This document shows positions 1-10,121 of a stretch of 64,000 nt of DNA, in pieces. Below the pieces are notes generated by a model. The model made no database searches. It saw only the letters and a program-made list of their open reading frames with translations, and was not told the DNA's origin. The stretch covers positions 1,312,001 through 1,376,000 of the forward strand of contig OY843592.1 in NCBI GenBank assembly GCA_963692865.2. The letters are read 5' to 3'. Positions within the stretch are counted from its first letter, which is position 1; the number at the start of each line of letters is the position of its first letter. A program made the translations under genes and the position numbers. The DNA comes from a bacterium (GTDB taxonomy: Bacteria > UBA8248).

Positions 1-1
1 C

Positions 2-712
2 GTGCAAGAATCGGATACGAAAGCGGGCCGTGCGTTCGATTCCGTCATACTCGTCCTGATTATCTCCTCGATTATCACGGTGACTTTCGAGACGCTGCCC
101 GACCTATCGCCTGCTGCGAAGCGGGCGTTCTATATTTTCGAGGCGGTTAGTGTCGTTCTGTTCACCATCGAGTACGTTCTGCGCATCGTGACTGCGCCGA
201 AGGTCAGGAGTTACATCTGCAGCTTTCACGGCATCATCGACTTGATCGCCATTCTCCCGTTTTACCTTTCCGCTGGATTCGGTCTGCTTGCCGGAATCGA
301 TCTTCGCGCTGTCCGCGCATTTCGCTTGTTCCGAGTATTCCGTCTGTTCAAACTTGCGCGATTCGACGGCGCAATGGCGAGATTCGGCAAAGCGATTTCC
401 CACGCCAAAGAAGAAATAATGATCTTCCTGTTCGCCACGATGATACTTCTCTATCTTTCGGCGGTCGGCATCTACTATTTCGAACACGAGGCTCAACCCG
501 AGGATTTCGGTTCCATCATCCACAGCTTGTGGTGGGCCCTGATTACGCTCACGACGGTGGGCTACGGAGACGCCTATCCCGTAACAGTGGGAGGAAAGCT
601 GTTCACGTCCATCATTTTGATATGCGGCCTTGGCGTCGTAGCCATACCGGCGGGGATTGTCGCCTCGGCGTTATCGAAAGTCGTGAGAAATGAAGAACGG
701 CGAGCGGCATGA
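2..712 (+). CDS. Voltage-gated K+ channel / ion transporter (probably 5'-truncated by window edge)
   Basis: Selectivity filter TLTTVGYGD, S4 helix RAVRAFRLFRVFRLFK, six hydrophobic segments. Confidence 0.92.
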   Translation: MQESDTKAGRAFDSVILVLIISSIITVTFETLPDLSPAAKRAFYIFEAVSVVLFTIEYVLRIVTAPKVRSYICSFHGIIDLIAILPFYLSAGFGLLAGIDLRAVRAFRLFRVFRLFKLARFDGAMARFGKAISHAKEEIMIFLFATMILLYLSAVGIYYFEHEAQPEDFGSIIHSLWWALITLTTVGYGDAYPVTVGGKLFTSIILICGLGVVAIPAGIVASALSKVVRNEERRAA

Positions 713-810
713 CGTTGCTCCTGCGCTCATGCTGTTTCCTGTTTTCCGGTTCATTTCGCCCAAATGGGGGTTGTTGAAAAAGTCCCGATGCAAGAGCGTT
801 CGTGTCTTTT

Positions 811-934
811 GTAGGGGTGTCGAACTTCCCGAAGAGGGAAGTTCGAGCGTGTCCGCCCTTTGGGATCATCTGCCTCATCATCCCGTTATATGGCGGAGAC
901 ATAAAATCGGGCGGACACGCAGGTCCGCCCCTAC
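811..934. repeat. GTAG-type REP doublet (REPIN-like)
   Basis: GTAGGGG...GTGTCCGCCC (811-858) inverted against GGGCGGACACGCAGGTCCGCCCCTAC (909-934); the same REP recurs at 4944-4973. Confidence 0.8.
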
Positions 935-962
935 GGTCGCCATTCGATGGGGGATGTGTAGG

Positions 963-1178
963 GGTCGCCGTCGGGATTGACCCACCGCACGGTATAGGGT
1001 TTCGCAGAACGCTTGACGCCCTCATCCCGAGTAGGCGCCCCGAACCCTCATCCTGAGTAGGCGCATAAGCGCCGTATCGAAGGATGGGAGGGCATTTCTC
1101 CGGCGGGCGCGAAATTCGCCCTTCGATACGCCGCCTTCGGCGGCTACTCAGGGTGAGGCGGAGCGGCGGGCTGTGCAG
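963..1178. repeat. ~215-bp dispersed repeat module with paired CCTGAGTAG-hairpin-CGTATCGAAGG palindromes
   Basis: Collinear, highly similar copy at ~33500-33715. Confidence 0.85.
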
Positions 1179-1202
1179 GGATCGTCGGTCGGGATTGCGG
1201 TT

Positions 1203-1276
1203 GTAGGGACAACCCTCCGTGGTTGTCCTTTTGCAGGACGGCGACAATGAGGACAGGCACAGAGGCCTGTCCCTAC
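1203..1276. repeat. GTAG-type REP doublet
   Basis: GTAGGGACAACCCTCCGTGGTTGTCC and GGACAGGCACAGAGGCCTGTCCCTAC. Confidence 0.8.
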
Positions 1277-1515
1277 CCCCCCGTGCGTCGTTTCCTCCCC
1301 CCTGTCGGCTGCATACGCCGAATCACGGGGAATCAGGACTTTTTCAACACCCCCCTCAAGGGGGGAGTGGTTCCCTTCCATTCTGGCTTATTCAACAGCC
1401 TCAAAGGAAGGGCATTCCCCAATCGCGCTTTTCCTGATCGTCGCAATGCCGTATTCTTGGGCCTTTACGATTCCCATTTTCCAGAAATGTAACCTCATGT
1501 TCGACGGAGAAATTC

Positions 1516-2544
1516 ATGAAAGCGGCTTTGCTTGAAAAAACGCGCGTGATGAGCGTGGGCGAGCAGCCGGACCCCGGCCTGCCCGCCGACCACGCGCTGG
1601 TGCGGGTGGCGACTTCGGCCATCTGCGGCACCGACGTATCCATCTGGGCGGGGAAGATGCCCGCGAGGATTCCCTTGATTCCGGGCCATGAGTGCACGGG
1701 CACGGTGGAGCAGGTCGGCGAGAGCGTGACGCGTCTGAAAGTCGGCGACCGGGTGGTGCTGAACCCCCTTTCGAGTTGCGGAACGTGCTTTTACTGCGTG
1801 CGCGGGCTGACGAACATCTGCCTGCACGGGGGACTCAGGGGCCGCGAGGTGCCCGGCACCTTCGCCGAGTACATCGCCGTTCGCGAGACCGAAGCCTTCG
1901 CATTTCCCGATCATGTGAGTTTCGCGGCGGCGACGAATTTCGTGGGCCTCTACACGGTCGTCTACAGCCAGAGAAAAGCGCCCTACGTCGCGGGCGCGCG
2001 CGTGGCCGTCCTAGGGCAGGGGAGCAGCGGCCTGCTCCACACGCAGCTGGCGAAAGTCTCGGGCGCAGCGTCCGTCATCGCCGTCACGAGGAGCAAGTGG
2101 AAGCTCGAGGTGGCGAAAGAGATGGGTGCGGATGAAATCGTTCCCGCCGGCGAGGTGGATCCCGTCGAGGCCGTGCGCGAGCTCACCGACGGCCTGGGGG
2201 CGGACATCGTCATCGAGACGGCGGGCGCCGCCGAGACCATGGTGCAGGCCTACGACATGGCGCGGCCCGGCGGCGCGATTCTCCAGTTCGGCATCGGGCC
2301 GGCGCAGGTCGCCGGGGTGCCGGGCCAGGCATATTACTTCAAGGATCTCACCGTCATCGGCTCGCGCGCGGGCCTGCCGGAGGATTTCGAGAGCGCCATC
2401 CGCCTGGTGGCGACCGGGCAAATCGACCTGGAGCCCCTCGTGACCCACCACTTCGCGCTCGACGACATCCAGACGGGCTTCGAGTTCGTCGACTCAGGGG
2501 GAGACGGCGGCACGCTCCGGGCGGTGATCGATATCGCGAACTGA
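1516..2544 (+). CDS. Zinc-dependent medium-chain dehydrogenase (TDH/SDH-like)
   Basis: ICGTD, GHE, structural Zn CGTCFYC..C, GQGSSG; GGAG RBS. Confidence 0.92.
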   Translation: MKAALLEKTRVMSVGEQPDPGLPADHALVRVATSAICGTDVSIWAGKMPARIPLIPGHECTGTVEQVGESVTRLKVGDRVVLNPLSSCGTCFYCVRGLTNICLHGGLRGREVPGTFAEYIAVRETEAFAFPDHVSFAAATNFVGLYTVVYSQRKAPYVAGARVAVLGQGSSGLLHTQLAKVSGAASVIAVTRSKWKLEVAKEMGADEIVPAGEVDPVEAVRELTDGLGADIVIETAGAAETMVQAYDMARPGGAILQFGIGPAQVAGVPGQAYYFKDLTVIGSRAGLPEDFESAIRLVATGQIDLEPLVTHHFALDDIQTGFEFVDSGGDGGTLRAVIDIAN

Positions 2545-2626
2545 TTCGCGCCGAAGCGCGCGGGCGGGGTTGTTGTCGCAGGGGACGTCGCCTTTACCCC
2601 TGTGGCAAGGGGGCCGGGTTGGTTTG

Positions 2627-2736
2627 GTAGGCCAGACTTATATGTCTGACATATCATGCGGCCCGTTCGGAGGCGGCGTGAAAAATCCGGGTCGCATGTA
2701 TGTGTGGGGCGATCCCGAGGAGGGAGCGCCACCTAC
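2627..2736. repeat. GTAG-type REP doublet with inserted hairpin
   Basis: GTAGGCCAGACTTATATGTCTGAC ... GGGTCGCATGTATG..CCTAC; relatives at 45328-45412 and 50935-51006. Confidence 0.7.
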
Positions 2737-2793
2737 AAGCCCCCTCCTCATTCAACGGCCCCCGCTTCGCTCCTGCAAACAAAGGAGGTCGTC

Positions 2794-3666
2794 ATGGCTT
2801 TTGAACATCCCTACATTCGAATCGCCAATGTGACGCCCGAGAAACTCGACGAGAAAGAGGGCTGGAACGTCTCCGATTTCCGGGTCGTCGTCAGCGGTAA
2901 GGAGGGCTCCTCCTCCATCATGTACCACGCCGCGCTGGCCCCCGGCGATCGCATCCACAGGCACCGCTACGAGAACTGCCAGATGCAGTATTACGTCGTG
3001 AGCGGCCACGGCCTGGCCGGAGCGGGGGAGGATCGCGCCGAGGTGCACGCGGGCCACTTCCACCTGATTCCCAAGGGCGTGGAGCACTGGCTCGTGAACC
3101 TGGGCCGGCACGATCCCCTGGTCATCATCGGGTTCTACGACCGCGTTCCCTATCTGAAGGACACGGGCCGCGTCCATCTCGGCGATATCACCGAGGCCGA
3201 CATCACCGCCCCGCGCACGCTGAGCGCCGCCGCTCTCAAGCATCCCCTCGTGCACAACGACGAGGTTCCCCACGTCAAGGTGTCGAAGGAAGAAGGCTGG
3301 ACGCAGGATTACTTCAACGAACCGCTCAACCGCAGCGTCGGCGCGGGTTCGTGCTGGATGCAGGGCTACTTCGGTCCCCACACCGTTCACATGAAGCACC
3401 GCCACAACAACTGCGAGGAGATTTGCTACATCCTGAAGGGCCGCGGTCTGGCGGGCATCGGGAACGATCGCGGGGAGGTGTTCGCAGGCGACGTCAACTA
3501 CATCCCCGCCGGAGCGGAGCACTGGCTCGCGAACATCGACGACACCGAAGACCTCTCCGCACCCGGCTGGTACATCGGCGTCGGCGGTCTGGATGAGAGC
3601 GGCTTCGAGTACCTGGGGCCGGTGACCGATGAGGACCTGAAACAGCGAACGGGCGTGGTCGAATAG
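2794..3666 (+). CDS. Bicupin protein
   Basis: Two cupin repeats; C-terminal HMKHRHNNCEEICYILKG...EHW; AAGGAGG RBS before ATG 2794. Confidence 0.88.
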   Translation: MAFEHPYIRIANVTPEKLDEKEGWNVSDFRVVVSGKEGSSSIMYHAALAPGDRIHRHRYENCQMQYYVVSGHGLAGAGEDRAEVHAGHFHLIPKGVEHWLVNLGRHDPLVIIGFYDRVPYLKDTGRVHLGDITEADITAPRTLSAAALKHPLVHNDEVPHVKVSKEEGWTQDYFNEPLNRSVGAGSCWMQGYFGPHTVHMKHRHNNCEEICYILKGRGLAGIGNDRGEVFAGDVNYIPAGAEHWLANIDDTEDLSAPGWYIGVGGLDESGFEYLGPVTDEDLKQRTGVVE

Positions 3667-3719
3667 GCCCCATGATCATCTTATTTTGACAAGAGCAACC
3701 ATTTTGTGAGGGATATTTT

Positions 3720-4577
3720 ATGCCGCTTCAATACCCCCTGGTGCATGTCGACGACGTAACGCCCGAGAAGATGGAGGAGAAGGAAGGCTGGGCGATCTCC
3801 GAGTTCCGGCTGCCCATCACGGGCGCGCACGGAAGCTCGACGACGGCCTTTCACTCCATCTTCCGGCCCGGCTCCACGCACGCGAAGCACTCACATTCCG
3901 AGTGCGAGGAAATCGCGGTCTACTTGAAGGGCCACGGCGTGGTCGGACAGGGCGAGGAGCGCGCCGAGGTGCGCGAGGGCCACTGCCGCCTCATGCCGAA
4001 AGGCTCGACGCATTTCTTCTATAACGAGACGAAAGACGAGGAGGCGATGGTGGTCGGCTTCTACCTCGGCGCGCCGAGCGTGGCGGGCACGGGCTATGAA
4101 TTTTGCGGCGACGTAACGCAAGCCGATCTCGACATGCCGCGCGAGGGCATTACCGACGGCATCCTGGTGCATCTGGACGACGTAAGACCCGAGAACATGA
4201 ACGAGGGGGAGGGCTGGTCGATCACCGACTTCAGGCTCCCCATCGGGCGGCGCAACGGTAGCGACACGACGCTGTTCCGCGCGCGCTTTTTTCCGAGCGC
4301 GGTGCACAAGAAGCACAGGCACGACAACTGCGAGGAAATCTACTACATCATCAGCGGCCACGGCCTGGCGGGGGCGGGTCCGGACCGCGTCGAGGTGCGC
4401 GGCGGGCACTTCCACTACATCCCCAGGGGGGTGGAGCACTGGCTCCACAACCTGAGCGATACCGATCCCATCGAGGCGGTGGGGATTTATATCGGAAGCG
4501 GGAGCGTGGAGGAGACCGGCTACGTCTACATGGGCGACGTGACCGAAGAGGACATCAAGGCGCGCACGCCGCTCTAG
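3720..4577 (+). CDS. Bicupin protein (paralogue of upstream gene)
   Basis: Two cupin repeats HAKHSHSECEE..TH and HKKHRHDNCEE..EHW. Confidence 0.88.
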   Translation: MPLQYPLVHVDDVTPEKMEEKEGWAISEFRLPITGAHGSSTTAFHSIFRPGSTHAKHSHSECEEIAVYLKGHGVVGQGEERAEVREGHCRLMPKGSTHFFYNETKDEEAMVVGFYLGAPSVAGTGYEFCGDVTQADLDMPREGITDGILVHLDDVRPENMNEGEGWSITDFRLPIGRRNGSDTTLFRARFFPSAVHKKHRHDNCEEIYYIISGHGLAGAGPDRVEVRGGHFHYIPRGVEHWLHNLSDTDPIEAVGIYIGSGSVEETGYVYMGDVTEEDIKARTPL

Positions 4578-5090
4578 GGATGTGGAAAAAGACCCCCGAG
4601 GAGGGACATGTAGGGGTTGCCCAAAAAGCTCCCCTGACGAGGGCCTGTTGAAAAAGCCCCGCTCTCGTGATTCGGCGCATGTTGGCCGACCGAGGAGGGT
4701 GGAAACAATCATTCCCCCCTTGAGGGTCGGGCTTCCCGAGGGGAAAGCCCGACGAAGAGGCCGAGCCCTTAGGCGAAGGCCGATTCGGTGGGGGGACATG
4801 CCACAGAAAAAAACTCCCTCACCTCACCGTCGGTCTTCCCCGAGAGAGACCGGCCCTCAAGGGGGAGTGATTTCTCTCTCGTCGGTCGTGCAAACCTCGT
4901 TCATCGGACTTTTTCAACAGCCCCGGCAAGGGGCGGGGGTTTTGTAAGGGCGGACACGCAGGTCCGCCCCTACGGGATCATCGTGGATCGCGTCGATACC
5001 TCATTGGCCGGGACTTCTTCAACGCCCTCATATGCGCCCCTGCAAAACCAACCTCCCCGCCCCTTCCCCGGAAGGGATTTTTCGACAACC
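4577..5090. mobile_element. Nested MITE-like repeat cluster B
   Basis: Best pair GGGCCTGTTGAAAAAG (4641-4656) / CTTTTTCAACAGCCCC (4909-4924); degenerate outer left ends at ~4577 and ~4613 and right ends at ~5013 and ~5077. Confidence 0.65.
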
Positions 5091-5231
5091 CAACGGCGCT
5101 GCCTGCGGGTCCAATACGCGAAGCGGGCGGCCGCGCGCATATTCCGTTTGCCTTTCGGGCGCGCCGTGATATGCTTGCGGGGCGTATGGGAGTTGTGGTC
5201 GTACCGACATTAAAAATAACGGAGCGAAACC

Positions 5232-5780
5232 ATGAAGATAAACGAGGCGGCGGCGGATAAAGTCAAGGAAATCATGGAGCAAAACGGCGGCGGTTTCGCC
5301 GGAATCCTGATCAGCTTCGAGGGCGGCTACAAGCTCGACCTGGTGCGGGACGAGGATGCGGACCAGTACATCCGCGTGGAGAATCCCCTGCTGGGTGTCT
5401 TCGCCTCGCCCGAGCACGTCGATAGAGCAGAAAAGGCCCAGATCGAGTTCGTCACCGAAGGCCCCACGAGCGGCTTCAAGGTGACGCGCGAGATGACCGA
5501 CGGCGATATGTCTCTCCTGGAGCAGATTCAGGAGATCATCGACACGGAGATCAACCCGGCCGTCGCGTCCCACGGCGGCGTCATCAACCTGCTGGACGTG
5601 GAGGAGAAGCGCGTTTTCGTGCAGATGGGCGGCGGCTGCGCGGGCTGCGGCATGGCGGACGTGACGCTCAAGTCAGGCGTCGAGGCCAGGCTTCAGCAAC
5701 TAGACCCCGAGATTCAGGTGGTCGATACCACCGACCACGCGGCGGGCACGAACCCCTACTACGCGCCGACGAAGAAATAG
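5232..5780 (+). CDS. nfuA: NfuA/NifU-family Fe-S cluster carrier
   Basis: INPAVASHGG, GGGCAGC, DTTDHAAGTNPYY C-terminus; degenerate A-type N-domain. Confidence 0.85.
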   Translation: MKINEAAADKVKEIMEQNGGGFAGILISFEGGYKLDLVRDEDADQYIRVENPLLGVFASPEHVDRAEKAQIEFVTEGPTSGFKVTREMTDGDMSLLEQIQEIIDTEINPAVASHGGVINLLDVEEKRVFVQMGGGCAGCGMADVTLKSGVEARLQQLDPEIQVVDTTDHAAGTNPYYAPTKK

Positions 5781-5799
5781 TTTTTCTCGCTCGATCATG

Positions 5800-5827
5800 A
5801 AGGGCCGGCCGAAAGGCCGGCCTTTTT
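5800..5827 (+). terminator. Rho-independent terminator between convergent genes
   Basis: GGCCGGCC-GAAA-GGCCGGCC followed by TTTTT. Confidence 0.85.
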
Positions 5828-5833
5828 GTTTGG

Positions 5834-7087
5834 CTATTCCCCGATATCGAACCCGAGTTTCGCGTGTGCTGTGCGCAGGGCGGACTCCACCTCTTCGGGC
5901 CGCTCCCCCTTGGCGAAGATGAAACCCAGGTATCTCTCTCCTTCCGGCAGCGGAACGACGCGGCCTCCGATGTGGATGGATATGTCGACCTCCACGATTC
6001 CGGGCACGGCCATGGCCTCCTCTTTGCCCTCGACCCCCTTCAGAACTCCCGCGCCGGGGATGGGAATCATCATGACGCCGGAAGCCTTTTTCTCGCGCTC
6101 CAATGATGGGGGCGCGACGCCCAGGGCTTGGGAGAGGATGAGGCATTCGAGCGACGCGCCGCCGCCGAACTCGAGCGCGCCTGAGCATTTCCCGCCGATG
6201 GCGCGGCTCGCCACGTCGATCACATGGATTTCGCCCGCGTCGTTGATTCTCAGTTCCGCGTGTAGGGGCCCCTCGCGCAGGCGGATGGCGTGGGCGGCGC
6301 GTATGGTTTCTTCACGGATTTTCTCTTGCATATCATCAGGAAGCCTGGAGGGCGTGACGTAGATGGTCTCCTCGAAAAAGGGGCCTTCCAAAGGATCCGG
6401 CTTGTCGAAGATGGCGAGAATGTGCGCCTCGCCGCGCACGACGAGGCCCTCCACCGCCACCTCGACGCCTTCGAGATAATCTTCCACCAGGATCATCTGC
6501 GCTTCCGCCCCGCCGCGCGCGATGGCCTCGGGGTCTTCCAATATCGCGCCGATACGGCGGTAGGCCTCAGAGAATTCAGCCGGGTCGTTCGCGCGAATCA
6601 CGCCCCGGCTCGCGGCGAGAAAGGTGGGTTTCAGCACACAGGGGTAGCTGATGCTTCCGGCGATTTCCTCCGGTTCCTCCTGTGCTGAGACCAGACGGAA
6701 CGAGGGCGAGGGCAGGCCTTCTTCCGAGAGCACCTTTCTCAGTTCGTATTTGCTCCGCGTCGTGCGGGAGGCCTCCACGGGGTGGTAAGGCAGCCCCAGC
6801 GCTTCGGCGGCCATCGCGCCCAGGATGAGCGTGTCGTCGTCCACCGGAGCGACCGCGTCGATGGGAAACTCCCTTGCGAACGATTGTATCGAGGCCGCGC
6901 CCGCTTCGGGTTCGTTGTAATCGAGCGTGATGGAGCCGCCCGGGTTCAGTTCGGCCAGCAGGTCGGGCCGGTCGGTTCCCACCGTGACGCGGACGCCCAT
7001 CTCCTGAGCCGCCGCCATGTAGGCGGAGGCGCGGTAGGTGGCCGTCGTCATGAGCAGGAGAACGCGCCTCCCGTCTTCAGGTGGCAT
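5834..7087 (-). CDS. ATP-grasp domain ligase
   Basis: YPCVLKP..ASRGV, VEDYLEG.EVAVEG, GPLHAELR; ATG 7087 overlaps the stop of the upstream SDR. Confidence 0.87.
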   Translation of the reverse strand: MPPEDGRRVLLLMTTATYRASAYMAAAQEMGVRVTVGTDRPDLLAELNPGGSITLDYNEPEAGAASIQSFAREFPIDAVAPVDDDTLILGAMAAEALGLPYHPVEASRTTRSKYELRKVLSEEGLPSPSFRLVSAQEEPEEIAGSISYPCVLKPTFLAASRGVIRANDPAEFSEAYRRIGAILEDPEAIARGGAEAQMILVEDYLEGVEVAVEGLVVRGEAHILAIFDKPDPLEGPFFEETIYVTPSRLPDDMQEKIREETIRAAHAIRLREGPLHAELRINDAGEIHVIDVASRAIGGKCSGALEFGGGASLECLILSQALGVAPPSLEREKKASGVMMIPIPGAGVLKGVEGKEEAMAVPGIVEVDISIHIGGRVVPLPEGERYLGFIFAKGERPEEVESALRTAHAKLGFDIGE

Positions 7088-7856
7088 ACCATCCGCCGTC
7101 GACAAGGAGCGACGTGCCCGTGACGAGGCTGCTCGCCTCGGAAGCGAGGAAGATGGCCGGCCCCACCAGTTCGCTCATCTGCCCGAAGCGGCCCATGGGC
7201 GTTCTCTCGCAGATGGCGTCGTAGATGAGTTCGTCCTCCTGCAGGGAGGCGGTGAGTTCCGTTTCGATGAAGGTGGGGCAGATGGCGTTCACCTGGATGT
7301 TGTCCGTCGCGTACTCGCGGGCGAAAACGCGCGTCAGGCCGATGAGACCGCTCTTCGAGGACGTATAAGGCCCGTAGCATTGCTGACGGGGGTTTCTGAA
7401 AACGGACCATCCCATCAGGGAGGAGATGTTGATCACCTTGCCGCCGCCCGCTTTTTTCATCTCCTCGCCCGCGCGCCGCGTGATGAAGAAGATGCTCTTG
7501 AGATTGAGGTCGAGGATCCTGTCCCAGTCCGCCTCGCTGATGTCCCAGAGCGTTTTCCGCACGTTCGTGCCCGCGTTGTTCACCAGGATGGTGAGGCCGC
7601 CGAGTGCGGCGGCGGCTTCCACCACCATGCGCTCGGCGGATTCCATGTCGGTCACGTCGGCCTGGATGAGCGCGCACTTGCGGCCCATGTTCTCGATGGC
7701 TTCTTTCGCTTCGCCGGCGGGTTCGATGTCGATGTCCGCGATGACGACGTCCGCGCCCGCTGCTGCGAAGCCCTCGGCCAGCGTGCGCCCGATGCCGCGC
7801 GCGGCGCCCGTTACGAGCGCCTTTGCGCCGCTCAGATCGAAAAGGGATTGGCTCAT
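7077..7856 (-). CDS. SDR-family oxidoreductase
   Basis: TGAARGIG, NNAG, YTSSK, VDGG. Confidence 0.93.
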   Translation of the reverse strand: MSQSLFDLSGAKALVTGAARGIGRTLAEGFAAAGADVVIADIDIEPAGEAKEAIENMGRKCALIQADVTDMESAERMVVEAAAALGGLTILVNNAGTNVRKTLWDISEADWDRILDLNLKSIFFITRRAGEEMKKAGGGKVINISSLMGWSVFRNPRQQCYGPYTSSKSGLIGLTRVFAREYATDNIQVNAICPTFIETELTASLQEDELIYDAICERTPMGRFGQMSELVGPAIFLASEASSLVTGTSLLVDGGWYAT

Positions 7857-8042
7857 GGGTGGTTCTCCTTTTGAGGGGTGTCGGGTTTTTCCCGATTCTC
7901 TCCACCGGGGCGTTCCGGGTCAATGGGCGCGGGGCCTTCTCGTTGGCCTCTGGGGGAGAGTGTGATAATCAGTAGAGAGACTTTCTCGAATTTTTTTCGT
8001 GCTCGCATGAGAGTGGTTTTTTCGCTTTCACAGGAGTGGACG

Positions 8043-9692
8043 ATGGCTAAGCCCAAGGATAACGGCGCGAAAAAAGAGCGCCCCGTCCGCGAGGCGGCCT
8101 ACAACTCGGGCAAGCCCGTGCCCGTGGTCTATGGGCCCGATGCGCCGGATGCCGCGTACCGGGAAAAGATAGGCTTACCGGGAGAATACCCCTACACGCG
8201 GGGCATCTACCCCACGATGTACCGGGGCTCGCTTTGGACGATGCGCCAGTACGCGGGTTTTTCCACCTCGGCGGACACCAACGCGCGGTTCCACTTTCTG
8301 CTCGGAAACGGCCAGACGGGCCTCTCGATGGCCTACGATCTCCCCACGCAGCTCGGTCTGGATTCTGACGACGAAGCCGCGCAGGACGACGTGGGCCGTT
8401 TGGGCGTCGCCGTGGACACAGCCGAGGACATGGCGGACGTTTTTGACGGTATACCGCTCGACAGGGTGAGCGTCTCGCACACCATCAACTCGACCGCCGC
8501 CATCATCCAGGCGTTCTGGCTCATCGCCGCCGAGCGGCAGGGGGTCGCGCTGGAGAAGCTGCGCGGCACCTTTCAGAACGACATGCTCAAGGAATACATC
8601 GGCCGGGGCACGTGGATATTCCCCCCGAGACCCTCCATGCGCCTCGTGGCGGACATCATCGAGTACAACGCGAAGCGCTGCCCGCGCGTGAACGCCGTCA
8701 GCGTATCAGCCACCCACATCGCCGAAACGGGCGCCACTCTCGCGCAGGACGTCGCCTTCCCGATCCTGAACGCGCTGGCCTACATCCGGGAACTCACCGG
8801 GCGCGGCCTCCACGTGGACGACTTCGTGCCCACGATGTCGTTTCACCTCTCGGTCGGCGGCGGCGTAGGGCCGTTCAACCTGCTCGAATCGGTCGGCAAG
8901 CTGCGCGCGGCGCGGCGCATCTGGGCGCGCACGATGAAGGATGAATACGGCGCGAAAAACCCCAGGACCATGCAGCTCAAATTCTCGACCGGCAACTGCG
9001 GCAGCCGCATGGCGGCGCGCGAACCGCTCAACAACATCGTGCGCCAGACGCTCTACACCCTGGCCGCCGTGCTGGGCGGCACGCGCTCGGTCAACATGGC
9101 GTGTTTCGACGAGGCCTTCGAGATTCCCTCGGACGAGTCCATCCGCACGGCGCTCAGAATCCAGCAGGTCATCGCGCACGAGAGCGGCGTGGCCGACACC
9201 GTGGATCCGCTGGCTGGCGGCTATGCGCTGGAGGCCGTGACGGATCAGGTGGAAGAGGAGATTCAGGCCATCGTGGACGATTACGAATCGCGCGGCGGAA
9301 TCGTCCCCTTCATCGAGAGCGGGGAGATTCAAAGGCTTCTCGCTAGGCAGGCCTACGAGCACCAGCGCAAGATCGCCTCGGGCGAGCAGGTGTGGGTGGG
9401 GGTGAACAGGTTCACCTCAGAAGATGAAGACCGCATGAGCGCGGGCGAGGGCCTCTACGAGGCGGACGATTCCGTGCTCGAAAAACAAATGGAGCGCCTC
9501 GCGCGGGTGAAGGCCGCCCGCGATGCGGGCGAGGTGGCTGATCAACTGGAAAAGCTGGCGAGTGCGTGCGAGTCGAAGGAGAACCTCGTGCCTTATCTCA
9601 TGGACGCCGCCCGCGCGCGCCTCACGGTGGGGGAGATGACCGGGGTGATGCGCGGCGCGTTCGGCGCCTACGTGGAGCCGTCGGTCGTTTGA
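8043..9692 (+). CDS. B12-dependent acyl-CoA mutase, large (substrate-binding) subunit
   Basis: PGEYPYTRG, WTMRQYAGF, QNDMLKE, DPLAG; AGGAG RBS. Confidence 0.93.
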   Translation: MAKPKDNGAKKERPVREAAYNSGKPVPVVYGPDAPDAAYREKIGLPGEYPYTRGIYPTMYRGSLWTMRQYAGFSTSADTNARFHFLLGNGQTGLSMAYDLPTQLGLDSDDEAAQDDVGRLGVAVDTAEDMADVFDGIPLDRVSVSHTINSTAAIIQAFWLIAAERQGVALEKLRGTFQNDMLKEYIGRGTWIFPPRPSMRLVADIIEYNAKRCPRVNAVSVSATHIAETGATLAQDVAFPILNALAYIRELTGRGLHVDDFVPTMSFHLSVGGGVGPFNLLESVGKLRAARRIWARTMKDEYGAKNPRTMQLKFSTGNCGSRMAAREPLNNIVRQTLYTLAAVLGGTRSVNMACFDEAFEIPSDESIRTALRIQQVIAHESGVADTVDPLAGGYALEAVTDQVEEEIQAIVDDYESRGGIVPFIESGEIQRLLARQAYEHQRKIASGEQVWVGVNRFTSEDEDRMSAGEGLYEADDSVLEKQMERLARVKAARDAGEVADQLEKLASACESKENLVPYLMDAARARLTVGEMTGVMRGAFGAYVEPSVV

Positions 9693-10105
9693 TGGCGAAC
9701 GGGACCAAGCGCATACGGGTGCTGATGGCGAAGCCGGGCCTCGACGGGCACGACCGCGGGGTCAAGGTCATCATCCACGCGCTGAGAGACGCAGGCATGG
9801 AGGTGATCTACTCAGGCCTCAGGCAGACGGTCGAGCAGATCGTCTCCGTCGCGATTCAGGAGAACGTGGACGTGATCGGCCTGAGCATCCTCTCGGGTTC
9901 CTACATGGGGATCGCGCGCAGGCTCATGGCGAGAATCAGGGAAGAGGAACTCGATGATTGCCTCGTCATTCTGGGCGGGAACATCCTGGAGCGCGACGTG
10001 GCGGGGCTGAAATCCTTAGGAATAGCCGAAGTGTTCAACCACCATGCGGAGATGGCCGAAGTCGTCTCCTACATCAGGAACAACGCGGCAGCCGGCGCGG
10101 CCTGA
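9692..10105 (+). CDS. Acyl-CoA mutase cobalamin-binding small subunit
   Basis: KPGLDGHDRG (DxHxxG), GLSILSG, GG; TGATG coupling. Confidence 0.93.
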   Translation: MANGTKRIRVLMAKPGLDGHDRGVKVIIHALRDAGMEVIYSGLRQTVEQIVSVAIQENVDVIGLSILSGSYMGIARRLMARIREEELDDCLVILGGNILERDVAGLKSLGIAEVFNHHAEMAEVVSYIRNNAAAGAA

Positions 10106-10121
10106 CGGCGGCGCATCTATC

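Larger units (their letters stand above)
767..1402. mobile_element. MITE-like composite repeat element A
   Basis: Left end GGGGTTGTTGAAAAAG (767-782); right ends CTTTTTCAACACCCCC (1339-1354) and CTTATTCAACAGCCTC (1387-1402); flanks AAATG/AAAGG (4/5 match); contains REP doublets; no transposase. Confidence 0.7.

Noticed and set aside
612-1492. Short ORFs in intergenic regions (also 4582-5213, 50667-51123, 56298-57449)
   Set aside because: They translate palindromic repeat DNA and have no coding signature
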